Below are positions 27,776 to 36,755 of a stretch of 64,000 bases of DNA, piece by piece (within the stretch, counting starts at the first letter, position 1; each line of letters opens with the position of its first letter). The position numbers and the translations under genes are program-made. Below the pieces are notes generated by a model, which was given only the letters and a program-made list of their open reading frames with translations, did no database searches and had not been told where the DNA came from. Origin of the DNA: a virus (taxonomy: Duplodnaviria; Caudoviricetes). Location: positions 3,305-67,304 of IMG/VR virus record IMGVR_UViG_3300033068_001924. One strand, given 5' to 3'.

Positions 27776-27815
27776 GGCCAAGGCTGTTGACGGTCTCGCA
27801 AATCTGTGGCGATAT
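27776..27815 (+). promoter_or_regulatory. Promoter cassette variant with operator half-site
   Basis: GGCCAAGGCTG-TTGACG(27787); TGTGGC at 27805 without a second arm. Confidence 0.5.
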
Positions 27816-27838
27816 GGTCGATGAGAGGGGTCTCATCC

Positions 27839-27988
27839 ATGTACGAATGCCCAGCCATGACGTGGCGCAGGTTCTTGCTGATAACTCTGCCGATTGTCGG
27901 TCTGGCAGTGACGCTCGGCTTCGGCCCGGCTAGATTGTATCTCTCGGGGTTGATGATCTGGCTGATCCTCAGCGGTCGGGGTATCTGA
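27839..27988 (+). CDS. Small membrane protein
   Basis: GAGAGGGG RBS, ATG 27839, two hydrophobic stretches. Confidence 0.5.
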   Translation: MYECPAMTWRRFLLITLPIVGLAVTLGFGPARLYLSGLMIWLILSGRGI

Positions 27989-27989
27989 C

Positions 27990-28355
27990 ATGCTGGGGGC
28001 CGTCATGTCGAAAAAGCCACACAACGACACGCCGATCGAGGAATGCCTGCACTGCGCCCTGCTCGCCACGATCGTGCGCTGGCGTGATGCTCACGGTGCC
28101 CGCGACGGAATTACCGGCGAGCTGGCCTATGATCCGGCTCAGGAGACGCTTGCGCTGGCGCACTGTCTCGGCGACCTCATCGCTGGATCGACATTTGATT
28201 CCGACCCGATGGAGACACTGGAACGGACCACTGATCTGTTCGGCATAATCGCGACCTTCATCGCGCTCGAATATGACCGTATGGCTGGTTACAGCGGCGA
28301 ACCGGCCGAGACCGACCTGCGTCTGATGAAGGTCGCCAGTCATGCCAAGAACTGA
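27990..28355 (+). CDS. Hypothetical protein
   Basis: In the operon; true start may be 28005. Confidence 0.55.
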   Translation: MLGAVMSKKPHNDTPIEECLHCALLATIVRWRDAHGARDGITGELAYDPAQETLALAHCLGDLIAGSTFDSDPMETLERTTDLFGIIATFIALEYDRMAGYSGEPAETDLRLMKVASHAKN

Positions 28356-28821
28356 TCTGACCTTCATCGGCTTCGAGCGGCCGGAGCGGGGCGATAACAT
28401 CGTCGCCTATCGCGGTAACATGGCGTTGGGCCACATCTCCTGTCTGACCTTGGACGGCAGCTTCTCGATCTCGCTGGTGCTTGGTCAGGCCATTATCGGC
28501 AAGCACGGCATTGACACGCTGGATGAGGCCAAGGACGAGTTTGTGGCGCTGCTGGAGGACCTGCTGCAGCAGAACGGCCTGATGTTCGATCCGGCCTTTA
28601 CGCCGCCGCCGGCGCCCGATTACGCCGAGCGCATCATTTCCGAGGCCAAGATTTTCACCAAGGCCAAGGAGGTGCTCGACCACATGCAGCACCCGATGAC
28701 CCAGCGCTACCTGCGCGAGATGTTGCCCGGCACCCGGGATCGCGTGCGCAAGGTCGTCAACCGCCACTATGCCGCCCTGCGCGACAAGGAACAGGCTGAG
28801 GAGGAAGCCCATCATGGATGA
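28342..28821 (+). CDS. Hypothetical protein
   Basis: Overlaps both neighbours. Confidence 0.6.
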   Translation: MPRTDLTFIGFERPERGDNIVAYRGNMALGHISCLTLDGSFSISLVLGQAIIGKHGIDTLDEAKDEFVALLEDLLQQNGLMFDPAFTPPPAPDYAERIISEAKIFTKAKEVLDHMQHPMTQRYLREMLPGTRDRVRKVVNRHYAALRDKEQAEEEAHHG

Positions 28822-29806
28822 CGATATCAGAGTTGCCTACGCCGTCGCGCACACCTCGGAGGGCGGTGAGCATATCGCTTCGATCCGCGATATCCCGGGG
28901 GTCGAGGGGCGTGGTGCCTCTCTGGAAGAGGCGCTCGAAGCGTTGTCGCCGAAGCTCGCCGAATTCCTGTTTCAGCGCGTTCATGCCAACGAGCCCCTCC
29001 CGGTAGCAACGCCGACGCAGGACGGTGAGATGATGGCGGCGATCTCTATCGCGCGCGGCGACCCGGAGAGCGACGAGCATGAGGTCACCTCTAAGGTCAC
29101 TATGACCGACGGCTTCCCCCTCCCCAGCGAGGTTTTCAAGCCATCTGGCCACACCAGTGTCATGAACAACCGCCACGACCGCAACGATGTGGTGCAGGAT
29201 TTCCCGACCCCGCCATGGGGGACGCGGGCGCTGGCCGAGCACCTCAAGCGCCTCGGCGTCTATTTCGGCACGGTGCTTGAACCGGCGGCCGGGCGCGGCC
29301 TGATGTCGGGGGTGTTGGGGGCGTACTTCCAGCGCGTCCTGACGGCCGATGCCTACGATTACGGCCTGACCGGCTGTAAGCTCGCCAGCTACGTCCAGCC
29401 GCCCGAAGAATGGGCGCCAGACAGCGTCGACTGGATGATCACCAACCCGCCCTTCGCGCTGATGGAGGCCTTCCTTGCCCGGGCGCTGGTCGAGGCCCGC
29501 TTCGGCGTCGCCATGCTGACCCGGCTGCCATGGCTCGACACGCAAGGTCGTTACGAGCGCATTTTCAGCATCAACCCGCCGACACAGGTTTTGATCTTCT
29601 CGGAGCGGCTGGCGATGTACGAGGGCCGATGGGTGCCGGGGGGCTCGACGGCCACCGGCTATTGTTGGGTGCTGTGGATCAAGGGGCGCGATCCGCTGCC
29701 GCTGGCGTGGGTACCGGTGGGTAGTCGCGACCGTCTGTCCTTCCCGGCCGACCTGATCCACTACGCCCACGCCATCAAGGATAATCCCATCGAGGACAAG
29801 CCATGA
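28814..29806 (+). CDS. HicB-like domain fused to an amino (N6A/N4C) DNA methyltransferase
   Basis: N-terminal A.I.DIPGV...G.SLEEALE.L...L...LP; then DFPTPPW, LEPAAG.G (motif I), ITNPPF (motif IV). Confidence 0.8.
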   Translation: MDDDIRVAYAVAHTSEGGEHIASIRDIPGVEGRGASLEEALEALSPKLAEFLFQRVHANEPLPVATPTQDGEMMAAISIARGDPESDEHEVTSKVTMTDGFPLPSEVFKPSGHTSVMNNRHDRNDVVQDFPTPPWGTRALAEHLKRLGVYFGTVLEPAAGRGLMSGVLGAYFQRVLTADAYDYGLTGCKLASYVQPPEEWAPDSVDWMITNPPFALMEAFLARALVEARFGVAMLTRLPWLDTQGRYERIFSINPPTQVLIFSERLAMYEGRWVPGGSTATGYCWVLWIKGRDPLPLAWVPVGSRDRLSFPADLIHYAHAIKDNPIEDKP

Positions 29807-30042
29807 GCGTCGAGGGCGACGGCCATGCCCGCGTCTTGGCCGACCAGCTGCAGGCGGACCCGGCCGCGATCGACGAGAGGACCTCATGGTCTGGCGGGCA
29901 CGAGATCACCATCGCCGGCCTCGACATCATCAGCCGCTACATCGACGCCCTGCTCAAGGCAGAACGCGCCACCGTTGCTGAGGCTACCGCGCGTCTCATC
30001 GATGAGATCGAGGACGCTATTGACCACCCCGACGACGATTGA
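29803..30042 (+). CDS. Hypothetical protein
   Basis: ATGA overlap with the MTase gene. Confidence 0.5.
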   Translation: MSVEGDGHARVLADQLQADPAAIDERTSWSGGHEITIAGLDIISRYIDALLKAERATVAEATARLIDEIEDAIDHPDDD

Positions 30043-30054
30043 GAGGAGACCACC

Positions 30055-30390
30055 ATGACTACCACCGATCCCGGCTGGCAGGAGACCGCTGCCGTCCAAC
30101 CCGAATCCACCCCCGGCATCATCGCCATGGAGGCGGTCAAATCGAGCCAGATCGCCTCGATCGGCCATAGCGGAAACACCATGGCGGTGCGCTTCCTCGG
30201 CAAGGGTGGTAATCCCGGCTCGCTCTACCATTACCAGAACGTCACCCGGGCCGATTTCGACGCCTTCCGCGCCGCCGAATCGATCGGTCTGCACTTTCAG
30301 GCGCAGTTCAAGAAACAGCCCGAGAAATACCCATTCATCAAGGTCGACGAACCGTCGCCATTCACCGAGGAGGCCGCCGATGTCGCGTGA
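30055..30390 (+). CDS. KTSC-domain protein
   Basis: VKSSQIASIGH...VRF...SLYHY.NV...F.AF..A.SIG..F. Confidence 0.85.
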   Translation: MTTTDPGWQETAAVQPESTPGIIAMEAVKSSQIASIGHSGNTMAVRFLGKGGNPGSLYHYQNVTRADFDAFRAAESIGLHFQAQFKKQPEKYPFIKVDEPSPFTEEAADVA

Positions 30391-31105
30391 AATCAGGATC
30401 ACCCGCCTGCCTGACGGAGATGGCAATGACCATCTCAGCGGCAGCCGCTACGTGTTCGCCGCCGGCGGCTTTGTGCAGACCATGACCGGCAGTGAGCTGT
30501 ATGCGCTGAGGAACATGGTCACTCATATGGCTGAGAATGCCACCCCGAAGATTTCGATGGTGATGGAATTCGCCAGCGAGCCAGAATGCACCGAGGACGC
30601 TGGCCCAGACGAGAGCAGCGCCGGCACTGCTCCCGGCTACGATTTCACCTTCCCCAGCGCTGGCGCCGGCAGCGGTGTCGCCCTTGATGAGTGCACCACG
30701 AGCCCGGGAGACGCTGCCATCAAGCGTGGCCATGCCCGCAACGAGCCGCACCCCTCGCTGGCCAAGATCGCCAAGGACCTTTCGGAGGGGATGAGGAAGG
30801 CCAAGGTCGAGACCCAGAAGACGCAGCAGGCCCTGCTGACCATCAAGGCCGCGATCGACGGCCTTAACCTTCCCGACTACGACCCTAACCTCAAGACGTC
30901 GCTCGCCGAGGGGGTGGCTCTCTTCGCCGATTCCCGCATGAAGGCGCGCGAGGATGAGCTGCGCCGGGCTGGCAGCGTGATCGGCAGTGTCAGCAATGCG
31001 GGCCCCGCCAAGCCGTGGGTCGATGTTCCAGAGAGTCAGCGCAGGGCTATCATCGCCGAAGAGGATCAGCGCCGCCGCGCCGAAAGAATAGCTGGTCTGG
31101 CCTGA
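30380..31105 (+). CDS. Hypothetical protein
   Basis: GAGGAGG RBS before ATG 30380; ends before a terminator. Confidence 0.6.
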   Translation: MSREIRITRLPDGDGNDHLSGSRYVFAAGGFVQTMTGSELYALRNMVTHMAENATPKISMVMEFASEPECTEDAGPDESSAGTAPGYDFTFPSAGAGSGVALDECTTSPGDAAIKRGHARNEPHPSLAKIAKDLSEGMRKAKVETQKTQQALLTIKAAIDGLNLPDYDPNLKTSLAEGVALFADSRMKAREDELRRAGSVIGSVSNAGPAKPWVDVPESQRRAIIAEEDQRRRAERIAGLA

Positions 31106-31128
31106 TCCTTACCGACTGGCTCCCCCCG

Positions 31129-31168
31129 AACCTCCCCGTTTTGTTCTCATCCGGGGAGGTTTCTTTTT
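31129..31168 (+). terminator. Rho-independent terminator
   Basis: AACCTCCCCG...CGGGGAGGTT followed by TCTTTTT. Confidence 0.75.
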
Positions 31169-31169
31169 G

Positions 31170-31204
31170 CCCTTCCGCACCATCCCCGACCCACGTTACA
31201 TCGG
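31170..31204 (+). promoter_or_regulatory. Candidate late promoter upstream of TerS
   Basis: CCCTTCCGCACCATC-N10-GTTACATCGG. Confidence 0.5.
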
Positions 31205-31279
31205 TGTTGCATCACCTGCTGCACCGCTGCACATGCAGCACCCACAGTTTACCCCATGAGAGATGGGGTGGGGGACCAG

Positions 31280-32053
31280 ATGGCCAAGCCTAAACTCAAT
31301 GATGCCCAGTGGGCCGAGATCGAGCTGCGATGGGCAACGGGACAGACCAGCTCGTTGTTGGCGCGGGAGTTTTCCGTCACCCGCCAGATCATCGACCGCC
31401 GCGCCAAGCGCGAGAAGTGGACCCGCTCCCTCGCCCATGATGTCGAGGAGCGCACGACCGAGAAGCTCCTCGGTCTGTCTCCGGGGGCCTCCCCCGAGGA
31501 AAAAGCGGCAGCAGTGGAGCTGGCCTCGGACGGCCGGGTGCAGCTGGTCCAGAACCACCGCGCGGCGTGGGTCAACATCCACGCCATGCGCGACGAGGCG
31601 CACCGCATCCTGTGGCTCAACGGTAACCCCCGGCTGGTCGACTTCAAGACCCACCGTAAATCTGACGCCGAGAACGGCATCGAGCGCGGCGACGTGGTGA
31701 TGCGGGCCGGGCGCCCGGTCAAGCAGGAGGTGACGATCCTGCCGCTGCTCGACCGTATCAATATCGCCAACAAGCTGCTGACGATGTTCCAGAAGGACGG
31801 CGAGGCCCTGCAGGCGGTGCAGGAGGGCGAGCGCCGGGCGCACGGCTTCGATTACAAGATGCAGCAGGAGGACGAGAAGAAGCGCAATGAGGGCCACAAG
31901 GCACGGCTGGAATCATTCCAGAAGCTGGCCGAGGCTGTGGACAAAGCCAAGAAACTGCTTCCGCCGCCCGAGGTTGAGGACGACAATATCGCCACAGAAG
32001 AGGAGGGGCCTACCGATGACAAGCTCATTGATCCCGCGCCTGACGCTGATTGA
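31280..32053 (+). CDS. Putative terminase small subunit
   Basis: N-terminal HTH (W.EI...W..G.....LAREF.V....I.RRAKREKW.R), helical middle, acidic tail. Confidence 0.55.
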   Translation: MAKPKLNDAQWAEIELRWATGQTSSLLAREFSVTRQIIDRRAKREKWTRSLAHDVEERTTEKLLGLSPGASPEEKAAAVELASDGRVQLVQNHRAAWVNIHAMRDEAHRILWLNGNPRLVDFKTHRKSDAENGIERGDVVMRAGRPVKQEVTILPLLDRINIANKLLTMFQKDGEALQAVQEGERRAHGFDYKMQQEDEKKRNEGHKARLESFQKLAEAVDKAKKLLPPPEVEDDNIATEEEGPTDDKLIDPAPDAD

Positions 32054-32585
32054 GGGTATCAAGCCGCTCGATCGCCGCCCATTCAAGGCGCGCGGGGTAA
32101 TCATGATCCCCTTGTTTCGTGGTGGAATAGCGATCTGCGACCTACGCCATTTCGAGGAGGTTATGCCCTTCACATGGGGGCTTGTCGGGAGGGGGGCGTT
32201 TTATTATATCAGGCGGGCATACGGCCCGGCCCAGAGCCGAAAATGCAGCTATCTTCATCGCATTGTAGGCCAATCAAGTGCAGCGCGGATGTCATGGTAC
32301 AACGGCGACCATCTCGATTGTCGAGACGACAATCTGCTGCACCTGACGCAACGCGAGATGCGGCGGATCGCCATGAAAACCCGGCGCGAGCGGTTCGGGT
32401 CGATCGGGGTGGTCTACCATCCAGCCTCGAAGCGCTGGCGGGCCGAGATCGGCACCCCGCCACAGCGGTGCCATCTTGGCAGCTTTCTCACCAAGGAGGA
32501 GGCACAGCGGGCCTATGACCGCGCCGCCATCGCGGAATATGGCGACGAGGCTGTGCTCAACCTTCCCGAGGAGCATGGCCGGTGA
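32016..32585 (+). CDS. HNH-AP2 homing-endonuclease-like protein with degenerate HNH
   Basis: YLHRIV; AP2 motif GVVY...KRWRA.I...LG.F.T.EEA.RAYD.AA...YG..A.LN. Confidence 0.75.
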   Translation: MTSSLIPRLTLIEGIKPLDRRPFKARGVIMIPLFRGGIAICDLRHFEEVMPFTWGLVGRGAFYYIRRAYGPAQSRKCSYLHRIVGQSSAARMSWYNGDHLDCRDDNLLHLTQREMRRIAMKTRRERFGSIGVVYHPASKRWRAEIGTPPQRCHLGSFLTKEEAQRAYDRAAIAEYGDEAVLNLPEEHGR

Positions 32586-32944
32586 CCCGCCCGCGCCCGA
32601 TCTTGGATGCCCGCAGCCCTGAGAGCGTTACCTATGCGCTGGAGGTGCATGCCGAGCGTCGCCTGACGCAGCGCTATGACATCCCCTCCAGCCGGGCGCG
32701 CGAGGTGATGTTTCACCATATCGCCCTGACGCTGGCCGATGAGGGCGAGCGCGTCCGCTGCAAGGGTGCCAAACTCGGCACCAAGGAGTTCCGCCTGCTC
32801 AACGATGGCGGCACCGAATTCGCCTTCCTGTACTGGCCCGGGGCGCAGCGCATCATCACCTACTTGACGCCGGCGACGATGACTGATGCGCTGCACAAGG
32901 CCTACATCAAGCACATGCGCCAACGCCGGAAGGAACAGCGATGA
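32582..32944 (+). CDS. Hypothetical protein
   Basis: GTGA overlap with the upstream gene. Confidence 0.55.
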   Translation: MTRPRPILDARSPESVTYALEVHAERRLTQRYDIPSSRAREVMFHHIALTLADEGERVRCKGAKLGTKEFRLLNDGGTEFAFLYWPGAQRIITYLTPATMTDALHKAYIKHMRQRRKEQR

Positions 32945-33225
32945 GGCCACACAAGATTCCACGCCCCGACGATCCGCCGGTTGAGAGTTTCAGCGACGTC
33001 GTCCAGCGTTCTTACCGGCTCACCCGGGAGCGCCAGATCGCCCGCGAGCTGGGGCTGCCCCGGCTCGCCCTGCGCCGCCTCATCGCACGCAGCGAGGCGA
33101 TCGAGCCGGCGCCACGCAGCCCGAGCGAGAGCTGGCTGTTGAATGCCGGGCTGATCGACAAGGCTGGGATATTGACATGGGCCGGCCGCACCTTGGTGGC
33201 GCGGGCGCGCAAGGAGGGCTGGTGA
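32941..33225 (+). CDS. Hypothetical protein
   Basis: ATGA overlap with the upstream gene. Confidence 0.5.
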   Translation: MRPHKIPRPDDPPVESFSDVVQRSYRLTRERQIARELGLPRLALRRLIARSEAIEPAPRSPSESWLLNAGLIDKAGILTWAGRTLVARARKEGW

Positions 33226-33668
33226 TGCGTCGATCGAAGAACCTGCAGAGCGTCCGCCGGCGCCGGGATGGTGTCGTCAGGCGCAAGGAAAACGATCTGG
33301 TATCCATGCCGATGCCGTTCAATGAGCCGACTCCACTGATCAGCCATTTCGCTCATGTGGAGCAGATGATGCAAAACGGCTACCAAGGCGACAGTGGGAC
33401 AGTCTACCCGTTCTACCAGATGAAGGGAGGCGACGCGCGCCCGACCCAGCAGGAGCCGCTCAGTGAGGAGGAGGCCGAGCGCAACCGCAGAATCGCCCAG
33501 CAATGGATGCGAGACCGGGGCCTGCACCTGCTTCATAGTGAGGACCCGCCACCGCGCCCTCAGACCGGCTTCTGGCGCCCATTCTCCAAGCCCGAGAAAC
33601 GCGCCCTGCTCGCCATGACTGGCGTATTCACTCTGATCGTCCTCACTGTCATGGGAGTGTTCCACTAA
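33225..33668 (+). CDS. Hypothetical protein with C-terminal TM
   Basis: AAGGAGG RBS, TGATG coupling. Confidence 0.55.
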   Translation: MRRSKNLQSVRRRRDGVVRRKENDLVSMPMPFNEPTPLISHFAHVEQMMQNGYQGDSGTVYPFYQMKGGDARPTQQEPLSEEEAERNRRIAQQWMRDRGLHLLHSEDPPPRPQTGFWRPFSKPEKRALLAMTGVFTLIVLTVMGVFH

Positions 33669-33674
33669 TTTGTG

Positions 33675-33712
33675 GCCAAGCCTCTTGACACTGTGGCCGT
33701 TAGCCACGAAGG
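33675..33712 (+). promoter_or_regulatory. Sigma70-type promoter with operator
   Basis: GCCAAGCCTC-TTGACA(33685); GTGGC-CGTTA-GCCAC at 33693-33707. Confidence 0.7.
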
Positions 33713-33734
33713 TGGGGTCAAGAGGAGACGACCC

Positions 33735-33947
33735 ATGACCCGCGCCGAACTCAACACTCTCTCGACCAAGGCACACGCGAAGGGCGGCGCTGTCATGCAC
33801 CTGATGGGCTCGGCCGAGGATAATACTCGGGAAACGGTTGGGGCTGATGAGGTTGCTGTAACGGTCTCGTCGCTCAGGGAATCCCTGAGTGAATGCAACG
33901 ATAAAGGGGCGGTCGCATGGTTCGCTGCCCATGGCGTCAAAATCTAA
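33735..33947 (+). CDS. Hypothetical protein
   Basis: GAGGAG RBS before ATG 33735. Confidence 0.6.
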   Translation: MTRAELNTLSTKAHAKGGAVMHLMGSAEDNTRETVGADEVAVTVSSLRESLSECNDKGAVAWFAAHGVKI

Positions 33948-33963
33948 CCAACAGGAGGGCTAA

Positions 33964-34527
33964 ATGCCCGGTCTCAACAAGGCTATTGTCGGCGGCTACG
34001 TTGCCCGCGACCCGGAGGTCCGTCGTCTCGGTAATGGCGATCCGGTGGTCAATCTGTCGATCCCGACCTCTGAGAAGTGGAAGGACAAGAACACCGGCGA
34101 GGCGAGGGAAAAAACCCAGTGGCACAACATCGTCTGCTTCAATGAGCGCCTGTGCGGTATCATCGAACAATACGTCCACAAAGGTTCGCAGATCGTCGTC
34201 GTTGGCGAGATGCAGACCCGCAAATGGCAGGACCAAAGCGGCGTCGAGAGGTACACCACCGAGATCGTCTTGCCGCGATTCGGCGGCGAGGTCCACCTGA
34301 TGGGTGAATCGAGCGGTGGTGGCGGCCGTGATCGTCAGTATTCCGAGGAGCAGGAGGGCCGCTACAGCCGCCGCACAGGGAGCGCCAACGACAGCGGTCA
34401 GGGCGAGCTGGGCATGACCCGACGGGACAGCCATATTGGCGGCCCAGCGCCGCTGGAGCGCCGCAGCGCGCCATCCTCGGGTGGTGGCTCGAAATACGGC
34501 GACATCGACGACGACATTCCGTTCTAG
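33964..34527 (+). CDS. ssb: Single-stranded DNA-binding protein
   Basis: LNK.I..G....DPEVR...T.WHNIV...KGSQI.V.G..QTRKW; C-terminal DDDIPF. Confidence 0.95.
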   Translation: MPGLNKAIVGGYVARDPEVRRLGNGDPVVNLSIPTSEKWKDKNTGEAREKTQWHNIVCFNERLCGIIEQYVHKGSQIVVVGEMQTRKWQDQSGVERYTTEIVLPRFGGEVHLMGESSGGGGRDRQYSEEQEGRYSRRTGSANDSGQGELGMTRRDSHIGGPAPLERRSAPSSGGGSKYGDIDDDIPF

Positions 34528-34536
34528 GAGAGGCTC

Positions 34537-34788
34537 ATGTTCACCGTCGCCATCTGGGGTCCGCACTACGAATTGCGGGAGCCGTGGTATCAGCGCCAAC
34601 CCCTCATCAAGGGCAGCGCCACATGGACCGCCGACAGCACTTTCGACACCGGCTACATCGCTACCCTGCGGCTGTTCTTTGACGATAAGGAGGTCGCCAA
34701 ACGCGATGTCCAGCACGGCTCGATTGTGAACGCCGGTGAAACTCTGACTGTCGAGTGGTCGATCTCAATCGAAGGCGAGAAGGACTGA
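34537..34788 (+). CDS. Hypothetical protein
   Basis: GGAGAGG RBS. Confidence 0.55.
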   Translation: MFTVAIWGPHYELREPWYQRQPLIKGSATWTADSTFDTGYIATLRLFFDDKEVAKRDVQHGSIVNAGETLTVEWSISIEGEKD

Positions 34789-34789
34789 C

Positions 34790-34966
34790 ATGAATACGAA
34801 ATCACACATCATCGTCCCTGCGGCCGTTGCTGCCGGGGTGGTATTCTGGCTTGGCGCACTCTGGCTTGTCGGGCGCCCGGTCCCCGTGACGTCGATCTCT
34901 TATGCCCTCGGGGCTGTCGTCGGGGCTGTCGTCTGTTCTATCGGGATGGCAGTTTTCAACAAGTAA
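34790..34966 (+). CDS. 58-aa two-TM membrane protein (not in the ORF track)
   Basis: Translated by hand: MNTKSHIIVPAAVAAGVVFWLGALWLVGRPVPVTSISYALGAVVGAVVCSIGMAVFNK. Confidence 0.55.
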   Translation: MNTKSHIIVPAAVAAGVVFWLGALWLVGRPVPVTSISYALGAVVGAVVCSIGMAVFNK

Positions 34967-34994
34967 TTCTATCGCATCATTCGAGGGGTCTATC

Positions 34995-35519
34995 ATGCCA
35001 AGTGTTCTGCCCGACTGGATGGCCGAGTTGCCGCTGCAGCAGCAGAGCGTCCTGATTCTCGCCACGCGGGGGCCTGACGGCGTCCGCAAGCATCACCCCT
35101 GCAAGCATGTCGTGCGGGCGTTGCGGGCCTGCGTGCTCAAGGCGGCGCGGTACGGCCGCATGCTCGGGCCTGACGAGGAAGGCGACACCTTCATGTCGAC
35201 CAAGCCTCTGACCAGCTCGTTTGCGTGGGGTGATGCTTGCGACGAGTTCTTCAATCACGTCGACGAGCTTCCGCATCATTATTACCTCCATCTCGCCCAT
35301 GCGGCGCAGATACTGTCGATCCATTATCCGCAATCCTACGATGCGCTGCTCTGGGGCGACTTCTATGACCGGGTCTGTGAGGACCTGCACATGGCACCGG
35401 AATCGCCCGAGGCGATGGCGGCGCGCCTCAATGACTGGGGGCGTTATGCGTGGGATGACGAGGCGCCCGTTGTCATCACCGGATGCGTCGCACACCCCAA
35501 CGCGATCGAGGAGGCCTGA
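34995..35519 (+). CDS. Conserved phage hypothetical protein
   Basis: GAGGGGTC RBS; SVL.DW..ELPL.QQSVL..A.RGPDG..K motif recognised from phage proteins. Confidence 0.65.
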   Translation: MPSVLPDWMAELPLQQQSVLILATRGPDGVRKHHPCKHVVRALRACVLKAARYGRMLGPDEEGDTFMSTKPLTSSFAWGDACDEFFNHVDELPHHYYLHLAHAAQILSIHYPQSYDALLWGDFYDRVCEDLHMAPESPEAMAARLNDWGRYAWDDEAPVVITGCVAHPNAIEEA

Positions 35520-35520
35520 C

Positions 35521-35817
35521 ATGCGACTGCAGGACATCAAGTTGGCTGATCAGCTCGCCAGCCGCCTCGTGCGGCTCAAGCACCTGCGCGAGCTGTTCAC
35601 CACAGAGGTCGATCCGACCGCAACCGTCACAGTGAGGTTCTCGACCAAGGATGAGAAACGAGTGCGGGAGATCGATATTTTCAAGCTCTCCGAGCAGGGT
35701 GTTCTCCTCGATGAGTTGAGCGACAAGTTGCGGCTGGCGGTATCCGACCTGATCGGCGAGTCGATCGAGCGGGTCAGCGATGAACTGCTCGGCCTCGGCG
35801 TCAAACTTGAGCCATGA
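35521..35817 (+). CDS. Hypothetical protein
   Basis: GAGGAGG RBS before ATG 35521. Confidence 0.6.
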   Translation: MRLQDIKLADQLASRLVRLKHLRELFTTEVDPTATVTVRFSTKDEKRVREIDIFKLSEQGVLLDELSDKLRLAVSDLIGESIERVSDELLGLGVKLEP

Positions 35818-36089
35818 ACACGACCGCCCTCGATCGCCTGCTCGCCGATCTCACCCATGAGGCCGACGGCATTCGCTCGGCGACGCTGGCGCTCAAGTTC
35901 ATGGGGCCGAACAGCAAGGTCTATCTCAGAGACCCGCAGCAGATGCTCGACCAGCTCGATGCCGCCATCCTCGTCATCACCGAATTCCGCAACCTGATCG
36001 CCAAGAAGGAGCTACCCAGTGTCCGACCCGGAAAAGAAACCAGACCTGTCCAAGATGCACCTCGCCCAGCTCAAGGCGGCAAGCCCTGA
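35814..36089 (+). CDS. Hypothetical protein
   Basis: ATGA overlap with the upstream gene. Confidence 0.55.
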   Translation: MNTTALDRLLADLTHEADGIRSATLALKFMGPNSKVYLRDPQQMLDQLDAAILVITEFRNLIAKKELPSVRPGKETRPVQDAPRPAQGGKP

Positions 36090-36255
36090 CGGTGAGATTA
36101 CCTTCGAGCCCCTGCGCGGCCTGCCGCTGGCCAATTGGCGCCACCTGATGCGCTCGATGGTGGTTGCCGGTCTGGTGCTGGAGGTGGTGACAGACGTCTA
36201 CCAGATCAGCACCGCCGGGCAGCTGGCGCTCGACGCGGTAGAAGCTGGGGAATAA
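36019..36255 (+). CDS. Hypothetical winged-helix-like protein
   Basis: GGAG RBS plus GTG start; LV....Y.IS.AG..AL tail. Confidence 0.45.
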   Translation: MSDPEKKPDLSKMHLAQLKAASPDGEITFEPLRGLPLANWRHLMRSMVVAGLVLEVVTDVYQISTAGQLALDAVEAGE

Positions 36256-36258
36256 CCG

Positions 36259-36297
36259 CCCAAGCCTGTTGACATCTGTGGCTGCACGCCACAGACT
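36259..36297 (+). promoter_or_regulatory. Sigma70-type promoter with operator
   Basis: CCCAAGCCTG-TTGACA(36269)-17 nt-CAGACT; TCTGTGGC-TGCAC-GCCACAGA at 36275-36295. Confidence 0.75.
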
Positions 36298-36320
36298 GTC
36301 GGCTCACAGAGGGGTCTGTC

Positions 36321-36755
36321 ATGACATTGAAAGAGACGCAGGAATCCATCGGCCGGATGATGGAGGCCATCGTGGCGCATTTCGCGCCCGGGGTAAAAAT
36401 CACCGTGATGGTCAGGTCGCCGGGGTATCCCGACCGTGATTTCATGATGACCGACGACGATCCAGCCGAGGTCGCGGCCATGTTACAGCGGCGATCGGAC
36501 GCGGTGGCGCAGGCGACCGTCGTGCCTGAGCTGGCTGGCTCCAGCGCCCAGCCAGTGACGCTGGCGGACGCCCATGCCGTTACCCGGGCGCAGCATGAGG
36601 AGATTCGTCGGCTGATGGGCGCTGCGACAGTGCAGGGGCAACTGCTCACCGAGGCGAAGGGTGCGTTAGACGACCTCTTGACGCGGCCGACCGATGGCGC
36701 TGCGCGCATGCGATCCCGCGAAATTCTCGCCCGCTTGAAGGGGCGTGACCAATGA
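36321..36755 (+). CDS. Hypothetical protein
   Basis: GAGGGGTCT RBS; first gene after the promoter. Confidence 0.65.
   Translation: MTLKETQESIGRMMEAIVAHFAPGVKITVMVRSPGYPDRDFMMTDDDPAEVAAMLQRRSDAVAQATVVPELAGSSAQPVTLADAHAVTRAQHEEIRRLMGAATVQGQLLTEAKGALDDLLTRPTDGAARMRSREILARLKGRDQ

Noticed and set aside
26875-27858. ORFs called inside the putative ncRNA region
   Set aside because: Arg/Gly/Pro-biased translations in several frames, no RBS and no family motifs
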